A DNA stretch of 64,000 nucleotides, taken from NCBI RefSeq assembly GCF_036321535.1, contig NC_087436.1, positions 60,514,001 to 60,578,000 on the forward strand. The letters are read 5' to 3'. Numbering within the stretch: position 1 is the stretch's first letter; each line of letters opens with the position of its first letter. The DNA comes from Camelus dromedarius (lineage: Eukaryota). The position numbers and the translations under genes are program-made. The notes under the pieces were generated by a model. That model did not search any database. It was not told the DNA's origin and worked only from the letters and a program-made list of their open reading frames with translations. Below are positions 56,100-64,000 of the stretch, one piece after another.

Positions 56100-56300
56100 T
56101 TGCTGACATATATTGAACATTTAATAGGTACCAGACACTGGATTATGGCCTTTACATGCATTATTCCATGTAATCTCCACAATAACCTAGGATGTAGGCA
56201 TTTTGAAAAGTTAAAACAACTTGCTTTTGATCAAAGAACTAATATTTAGAATTTGCAAGGACGTGTAGCTCAAAGCCCATGCTATTAACCATTATACTCC
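56100..56300 (-). mobile_element. MIR fragment
   Basis: tattgaacatttaataggtaccagacactg...tttacatgcattatt...taatctccacaataaccta. Confidence 0.65.
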
Positions 56301-56877
56301 CTACATTAGCTCCCAAATTTGTTTGCAATCCAAACATTAAAAGAGAAGTCATAAATTTAGTATTATCAGTGTTTCTACTTAATAAGCTTTACTTTCAAAC
56401 GGTGGTTTTATCTTAGTTTATAGATTAACAAGCATGGCATTGTTTTATCTCTTCATATTATATAACAAGGTTTTATTTGTAGCTATTGAAGGTCATGGTT
56501 ACAGATACATCTATTTCCTGTGCTTCTTCACAGTGGTGAAACACAACAGCGACAACAAAATTAAACAATTTGCAGATACTCATAGGCCTGTGGTGTCTGA
56601 AAAGAAAGAAACACACCTACGACAGAAGGAGAAGGCATGTGAAGTATTCCAGGGAACAGAGGCCACTCAGTCACAGATTAGGGAAAATAATAACCAAAGC
56701 ACACTTGAAATTTCTCATGCCAAGTTCATCAAAAGACCACTTTGTTTAAACCAACCATATTCTCTTCGTAAAATAGTTTCTGTTGAATATCAGATTTTTT
56801 TTCTCTGAGATTTCTTGTGCCTGTTTCAAATTAATAGGACATGGTGTACTTTTAATTTGCTCTGAGTTCTTAGGAGG

Positions 56878-57090
56878 CTTATAGTGAAAATGTTAAGACA
56901 GTGGTCTATGGTTGCATTGCTGGGGTTAGAGTTCTGCTTCGTCATTTAGCCACTGTTCCATCCTGGGCCAGCCACTTTGCTTCACTCCCAAATCTCCCAA
57001 GTGAAGGACAATAGGAATAGTAGAAATCAACAAATGTAATATGTAAAGTGTTTAACAAAGTGACCAGCGTGTAGTGAGCTCTCAGTGAGT
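56878..57090 (+). mobile_element. MIR fragment
   Basis: aatatgtaaagtgtttaacaaagtgaccagcgtgtagtgagctctcagt. Confidence 0.55.
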
Positions 57091-58266
57091 ACTGGATTTT
57101 CTTACCTCTGGAGATGGGAGTGGAATTACCAAAGTGATGTGCCTAAAGTCCTCCAAAGTGGCAGAAATGGAAAAATTACCCGTCTGTTTAAGAGAGTTTT
57201 TCTGGAATCTTGACACGTGTTCTTTGGACAAGACAGCCCAAATCCAGCTTCAAATGAGAGAGTCCTTACCCCTGGGTATCAAGCTCCTTCCTCCGTCTTG
57301 AGATAAAGAAGTGTTGATGGGGAAGAGGGAGAACATTTGGCTGCAGAAAGTTTCTTGAAGGAGGTAGACACCCTCCACTCCCAGCTTTGAGAGTCATCTA
57401 ATCCAGCCCAGGTGCCTGGCTAAGTAAAAGCAACTTTCCCCTCTATGCAGTCTAAATTCTTACACAATTTGTAGAGATATTACGTCAGGGGATTTTGTGT
57501 GTGGTGGGCTTTTATTCCATAGGCCTGCACTTCCTGGGAGTATTCGAAGCCAGCACCAGGGTTAAAGTGACCACTTACATGCAGCACCTTGCCAAGTCAG
57601 CTTGTGCATTGCTTGTGTCAAGCCCTAACTGTGGCTGCCCTGACTTTCGTCCGCCAGCTGTTGACGAGGCAACTCCTCTGTGCCGCTCTCTGTGCTTGTC
57701 CCTGGCTTATCTGCCTGTTCTTTATTTTTATTTCTTTATTGTTGTCTTCTGCTCCCCCTACTCTGCAAACCATAAACATAGGAAGTAAACCATTATTTTA
57801 ATACAAATTATATTTTCATCCAAAATACGTATTTTATCCTGTTAATACTATTGCTAAAAGTTTTAGGAGTACCATTCTAGAAATGTTTCTGTGTGTGCAC
57901 ATAGATAAACGTACTCGTATATATAACTTTTTTGAGGGAGCAGTTCTCATATTAATGTATTGTTTTGCACCCTGATTTAGTTCACTTTGCTTCGTACCTG
58001 ATCTCTTGATATTGGCTTAACCTCATTAAGCATTAACTGTGTGACCCTAGACTCCTGACCTGGCTAACCTATCTGGTATGAAGCATGACTTGTCATAGGA
58101 TTTCATAACTGAGCTAAGAAAAGCACATTTGAAGCTCAGCTTTTCTGCTGAAGTAGTAGAGGTGAAGAGTTAAGACACCACTGCATGCAAACTAAAGTTC
58201 AAACCTCTTATTAACACATTCAGGTACTCTAGGCCTAGCTTTATTTCTTCTGCAGACCAAATTTTT

Positions 58267-58432
58267 GAAGATTTTTTTGTTTTGTCTTGTTTTTATTTAT
58301 TTATTTTTTTGGTGGAGGGAGAGGTAATTAGGTTTATTTATTTGTTTATTTTTAATCAAGGTACTGGGATTGACTCTAGGACTTCGGGCATGCTAAGTAT
58401 GTACTCTACCACTGAGCTAACACCCTCGCCCC
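58267..58432 (-). mobile_element. tRNA-derived SINE, camelid Vic-1-like
   Basis: Antisense of the family at 17690 (gaggtaattaggtttatttattt...gcatgctaag...ctctaccactgagcta). TSD tgcagaccaaattttt (58251-58266) / tgcagaccaatttttt (58433-58448), 1 mismatch. Confidence 0.88.
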
Positions 58433-59328
58433 TGCAGACCAATTTTTTAGCAGTCAACTTCCAATGCAAGTGAAAAGATTGTGCCCATGACTGCGTGATA
58501 AATCAGTTTAAAGCTGAAGATCCCAAATGTAAAGACCATGCAATGAAAGGTTTATAATGATACCATAGGAAGCCTTACAATAGGTGAAAGCTTCATTTTT
58601 ACAATCAGACCATTTGCCAACTATGAGACTTTGGGCAAGATGCCTTCAATTTCTTCAGCTATGAAATAAGGATAAAAATTACCCCCATGTCATAGGATTT
58701 CCGTAAAATGTTTGCCATAGTACACTTGCTAAGTGCTAAGTAAGTGTTTAGTATCAAAATTGCAAATCCAGTGGTAGTTATTATAAAGGGAAGACTATTC
58801 ATTTTATATTCATGCTTAAAATATTCTGATAGATATAAAAGTATAGCTACAAAATAGAGGTTAGAGAATTATCCGGAAAGAATTGGTTACAGGATGATTG
58901 AAGACAGTGATGGAAGAATAAAAGATAAAATAAACAAAAGTAAAATGTAAAGCTACAACAAGAGGAGGAATGAACCCCAGGTCTTGCAGGATCTGGTGGG
59001 AGGGAAAGACAGCTCAAAAAGATTATTCTTGTCTTTTTGACCTCTTTTGCCAAAATGCACATTAGAAATTTGGGACTTAAAAATTAGGACCATCATAGCA
59101 TTTGGTTTCCACATAATTCTTATCCCTTAAAATAATCTATGAGAAACCCCCAAAATAAGAGGCAGCTATGAAGTGCACTGAATTTCAAATCACCTCTTAA
59201 TTATTAAAATGATAATTTAATTTTCCAATATAAAAATAAAATTTGTAAATTAGAAGAAATGGGTTCCAAATTTGTAACAGATGACATAAGGATAAAGCCT
59301 ATTAAGATAAGAATCCATCTATTTCTTT

Positions 59329-59576
59329 CTTTCTTTTCTTTTTTTTAATTGAATTACAGTCAGTTTACAACATTGTGTCAACTTCTAGTGTACAGCATAA
59401 TTTTTCAGTCATACATGGATATACATATATTCATTTTCATATTCTTTTTCACCATGAGCTACTACAAGATCTTGAATATATTTCCCTGTGCTATACAGTG
59501 TAAACTTGTTTATCTATTCTGGGTATATACCTGTCAGTATCTATAAATCTCGAACTCCCAGTCTGTCCCTACCCAC
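59329..59576 (-). mobile_element. Short L1 3'UTR insertion
   Basis: Homologous to the 3'UTR at 18196-18350 (tatatttccctgtgctatacagtgta). TSD ccatctatttcttt (59315-59328) / ccatccatttcttt (59577-59590). Confidence 0.88.
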
Positions 59577-62130
59577 CCATCCATTTCTTTAGAGATCAAA
59601 TATGTGATTTATCAGTGTCCAATCAAGCCTTCAACTAGTACATTTAAACTCATCATAATTTCAAAATGTTACTTAATGATGCCAATTAACAGTACAATAT
59701 CTCTGGATACCACATAGCCCTAAAATAACTTGTTCAGTTTGATAGTCAGTAAAACTAATCTACAAGGAATATTCATACTCTATGTGAACTCATACAGAAA
59801 TGGAGTATCAGAGAAATAATATCTGTTGGGATTAGAAAATGGGAACTTTCCCATCTTCCTACTTCCTTTCCCTTCAAGGGTACGCTGTTGCTTAAGATAG
59901 CTCTGCAGAGTAAGGTGTATATAAATATTCTTTAGCTAAGGTCTAAAAAGATATCTCACTGGTTCCAGCATAGCTATTAAAATAAATTAGTAGTTAGGCA
60001 GAAATTATATCACTAATTATAGGTTTGGTCCTTTTGTTATTTTCCATTTGTTTTTAAAGCTGAATGTCCTTTGATGTCTGTAAGCTTTATTGAAAGGTGT
60101 CTTCATTTGTCTGGGTCTGCTGGATTTTATAATCATAATTTCACTCTTACAGATTTCTGGCGGTAGTTCATGTGACTTAAAAATCTTATGTCATACGTGA
60201 AAAGGCTTTTCGTCACAAATAGCATATATTTATCTAAAGTTTCTCAAAAGACTAATCAAAAGTGTTACAGCCTTAAATGTTCTGAAATTTATATTTTAAA
60301 ATTTACATGTTAGAAGCTGGGTATATTAGAAGCTATAGATAATGCAACCATCAACTCTGTAACTCTCCAACACCGCCTGTCTTGAATGAATGATGTGAAA
60401 TTTAGTAGTGAAAATTTATCAGTGAGCTAACCCTACATAATTCAGTTAATTTAGAGATGAACTATGTACCCATTTTAAATTCAGTCTACAATTTACAGTA
60501 CAATTTCCCATTCAAACTTCACTTATTCATTTACTGAACAAATATTCCTTGAGTGCCTGCAGTGTATAAGGCATTGTCCTTGGCCTAAAGTTTACACTGT
60601 TCTGTGGGCTCATCCTTGAAATATTAGTGAAGCTACTGAGAAGAGAAAGAAAAGGTCTCAGAAAAGACAAAGGGTTAATTCATTATTAAAAAAAAAAAAA
60701 AAGTACCTGAGGACTTTTTTGTTGTTTGTTTGTTTGTTTGTTTGTTTTGCAAGGCATAAAGTTACCATCTTTATTAAAAAGAGATGCGTCAGATTTAGGA
60801 TGTGAGACTCAAGTTCCAATAAAGCTTCACTGAACAGCTGCTGCACTGATGACACTGTTACATGAACGCTGAGCAGTGCTGCACTGTGTGCTTCAGCTTC
60901 CATGATGCTTAATTCCTTCCATTCTCATTAGCGATTTTCTGAGCTTTGGGATTTCGTATAGTACCTAGGGTATAAAGGCCTATTTATCTAAATGAAAAAC
61001 AGGATAAGATGTAACAGATGTGCATAAAATACAAACAGCTTCATCCCTTTATTGTTGTGGAGAAGGGATGTGAGAGACATTAGAGCTGATGTTAGAACGT
61101 GAGACTGCTTTTCAGCTGGAAGATCTCTTGTGCCAAGTTTCCTGCACTTTGGGGTTGAGGCAGAAATGAACTTTATTTTTCTGCACTGTCCTCTCTTTTC
61201 TTGGAAGAGCTCTCTGATGAGTGAGTGCTGTAGAGATAGAGTAGATATGTAATTATAGGCTTTCTTGACCCAGTTTTTAAATAGTAGGTGCCATTTTAGT
61301 ACTGCCTTTAATAGCTGTGCTTTGGCTCCAAGCCATATCTAGACACACATCCGGCCCACTTTCCTTGCTCATTTCTATCCACTGTGACCATGCTGTTCAG
61401 ATAATACTCCTAGCCCTCTATTTACATAAGAACCAACTGGACCTTAGGACAGTGATGGCTGTGCCTGCCCAGGTTCATGGTGTTTATCATTATGCTTTCA
61501 TGAGGAAAAGCCGCAGTTCTAGGTCAAGTGCTGCAGAAAAGAGTAACCCACCAAGCAGCTGACTGACCCATTCATTTGCCATCTCTTCACTTTCAGCAGG
61601 CCTCTCCTGAACAAAGATCAAAGTTAAGTTTAGCTTGTGGTTCTTGGCAAACCCCTATCTTTCTTGGCATAAAAGAGTTTGCCTAATACTGGTAGATTGT
61701 ATTTATACATCTTATTAAAGACAATAATTATATCAAAACATTGCAAATAAATGGGTTTGAAAGGGTAAATTAAATGGAAGGTGTGTCAACTATAAGTAAT
61801 GAAAACAATGATAGTATACTTTTATAAAAACATCCTGTTATGAAAGAGAAGAGGCTGTATTATAAATGAAAGAATTTTTTAAAATAATGAGTTCAGTCAC
61901 AGGACTGGAAACATGAATAAATAGGTCTGCAATTTAGATTGTTCCCTCTGTTGCCTTTTTCTTCTCAGAAAAAGAATGCCAAAGTAAACAATGGGTTTTT
62001 TTTTTCTATAAGTGTTTCTATATGGATTCCTGAAAAGAAGGATTATTGATTAGATTTTCTTACTCCATGAGAATATGAAAAGTGTCTCAGTTAATTCAGC
62101 ACTTTTTTTTAGATTACTTGCACTGTGTAA

Positions 62131-62450
62131 TTTCTTTTTTTTTTAACATTTTTTTATTGAGTTATAGTCATTTTACAGTGTTGTGTCAAATTCCAGTGTA
62201 GAGCACAGTTTTTCACTTAAACATGAACATACATACATACATACATACATACATTCATTGTCACATTCTCTTTCACTGTTAGCCACCACAAGATCCTGTA
62301 TATATTTCCCTGTGCTACACAGTACAATCTTGTTTATCTATTCTACATTTTGAAATCCCAGTCTGTCCCTTCCCACCCCCATCCCCCTGGTAACCACAAG
62401 TTTGTATTCTATGTCTATGAGTCTGTTTCTGTTTTGTATTATGTTTTTGT
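62131..62450 (-). mobile_element. Short L1 3'UTR insertion with complete 3' terminus and an internal (ACAT)n expansion
   Basis: Poly(T), tttatt poly(A) signal at 62153-62158, ttttgaaatcccagtct...ccctggtaaccacaag shared with the 18-kb L1; no clear TSD. Confidence 0.88.
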
Positions 62451-64000
62451 TACTTCCAGGGGCTCTAAGTTGGGGAGCCATTCCCAATGTGAATTACTAC
62501 AAAATTCACAAAATTAGTGTTGACCTGTAGGCAGAGTTGCTGATAGAGCCCAGCGAGGGCTTTGGTCGCTTGTTTGTGATGACACAGCACAGTTAGAGAA
62601 ATCTGTAGTGTTTGTCTGAAAATTCTGTAACAGGCACTTTTTCACATATTACATTATAAAAAGATCAAATGCCAGGCTCATTAGATGATAGAGTGACTGA
62701 GTGAGAACTTTAGACTATGCACCTGAGCATCACTGTTTCAAACCACAAGTCTGTTTCAGGCATTGTTCACTCACACTGAGTCTAGTTGGATTCTGCTAAG
62801 TAGATAATATCCTTTTTCTGGAATTAATTTTTGTCCTCTCCTATAGTGTTACTAGTGGTGCACAGACCAGCACTGAACAATGGTTATTTTCTATGGCTTC
62901 CAAGACATCTCTTTTATAATCATCTTTAAATGTTTTAAAGATCATTCTTAAAGTACAGGCAAAGACCATCCATGGTGGGGCTCACACAGACAAAATGTAA
63001 AAGAGGTTCTAATTGAAGGTCATTGTATTATCCTTAGATAATGTTAATCTGATTGAAAACAAACCTGTCACTGAGCAGAACTCAAAATACCAGAGCCATT
63101 TGCCACATGTGATCTTTTGAAATAGGAGTTCTCGCAGTTAAGTGTTCTGTCACACTTGAGAGAATCTGGGTCCCTGAAGATTTATACAAATGCTCAGCTA
63201 TTATTGAACCATCTCCTCATAGACGACTTAGTAAATGTTTGTTTTTGCATCAGATAATGGCTTATGAGTTTATCTCCTCCTGCTCCCCATTACACACATG
63301 CACGCACGCACGCACTCGCTCACTCACTTTCTTCCTCAACAGCTTATCAAGTAAAGAGGAAGGCTTGGATTTCTGACTGTGTAATTGATGATATCACACA
63401 GCTACCTCTGATCACTCATCACACTGACTGACTTTCACAGTTTCAAAGACACTGAAAACTGTACGTTTATTAGGAAATAAGCAGTTTTCTGAAAGAAGTT
63501 TTATTGTAGTTTTTAAATTACTTAACATTTATTTTTACCTCATGTTTTATAATATTTGATAATAGAATTGACAAATTCAGTTTTGAACTCAACTGTTTAG
63601 AATAGCTATCATAGCAATGCCCTCATGCCTAAATTTCAGATCTGCCTTCCCTGCCATAAACATTTGGATTGTAATGGGTACCGTGGCCAGCGCCAACAAA
63701 TTTCATGTCAGGATTTATTGCATTACAACAGGCATTGTTTTAAAGCCTATTTGTAGCCAAAGCTGTCAGTTTTAATTCAAGCATACCTTAAAGAGTGACA
63801 CAGAACAGTGAAGTCCAACCTTTCAGAACACACACATATTGTTTTTATATAAAGACAGCATTGCTCTTTCCTGGTATATTACATTATGCATGCATTCCTT
63901 ATAGTCGTAGAATTTTTATAAACCATTTTAGCATCTCTGAAATAAATGTCTACATCTATATTTTAATCTTTCTCACTCCATCAAGAATGTCTTATGTAGA

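Noticed and set aside
56434..57801. 124-aa, 97-aa and 70-aa ORFs as nested or de novo genes
   Set aside because: No recognisable domain; hydrophobic or low-complexity composition typical of AT-rich non-coding DNA.
60000..64000. Possible orthologue of the human Parkinson-associated distal intronic enhancer
   Set aside because: I cannot locate it from sequence alone; it needs an alignment and may lie outside the window.

Overview
AT-rich mammalian genomic DNA, very probably from a camelid (inferred from Vic-1-type tRNA-derived SINEs). It lies inside the alpha-synuclein gene (SNCA) on the + strand. The only host coding sequence is the 143-bp exon (3496-3638) for residues 55-102, which includes the NAC region. 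Upstream is the end of the preceding intron; the remaining ~60 kb is the large following intron, filled with L1, L2, MIR, MaLR/ERVL LTR and hAT remnants. Best observations: (1) a young, 5'-truncated antisense L1 that has lost its own poly(A) signal and carries a ~205-bp 3' transduction inside a perfect 16-bp TSD; (2) the human chaperone-mediated-autophagy motif 95-VKKDQ-99 reads GKKDR here, alongside G68E and G101S; (3) an open read-through frame past the exon donor, followed by an AATAAA, which could give a 138-aa synuclein without the acidic tail; (4) a solo poly(A) retro-insertion with a 15-bp TSD; (5) a chimeric L1/L1M insert splitting an L2; (6) a short CpG- and motif-dense intronic element. 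I found no evidence for a wholly new multi-gene system. Repeat family names come from my recall of consensus sequences, and boundaries of old repeats are approximate.
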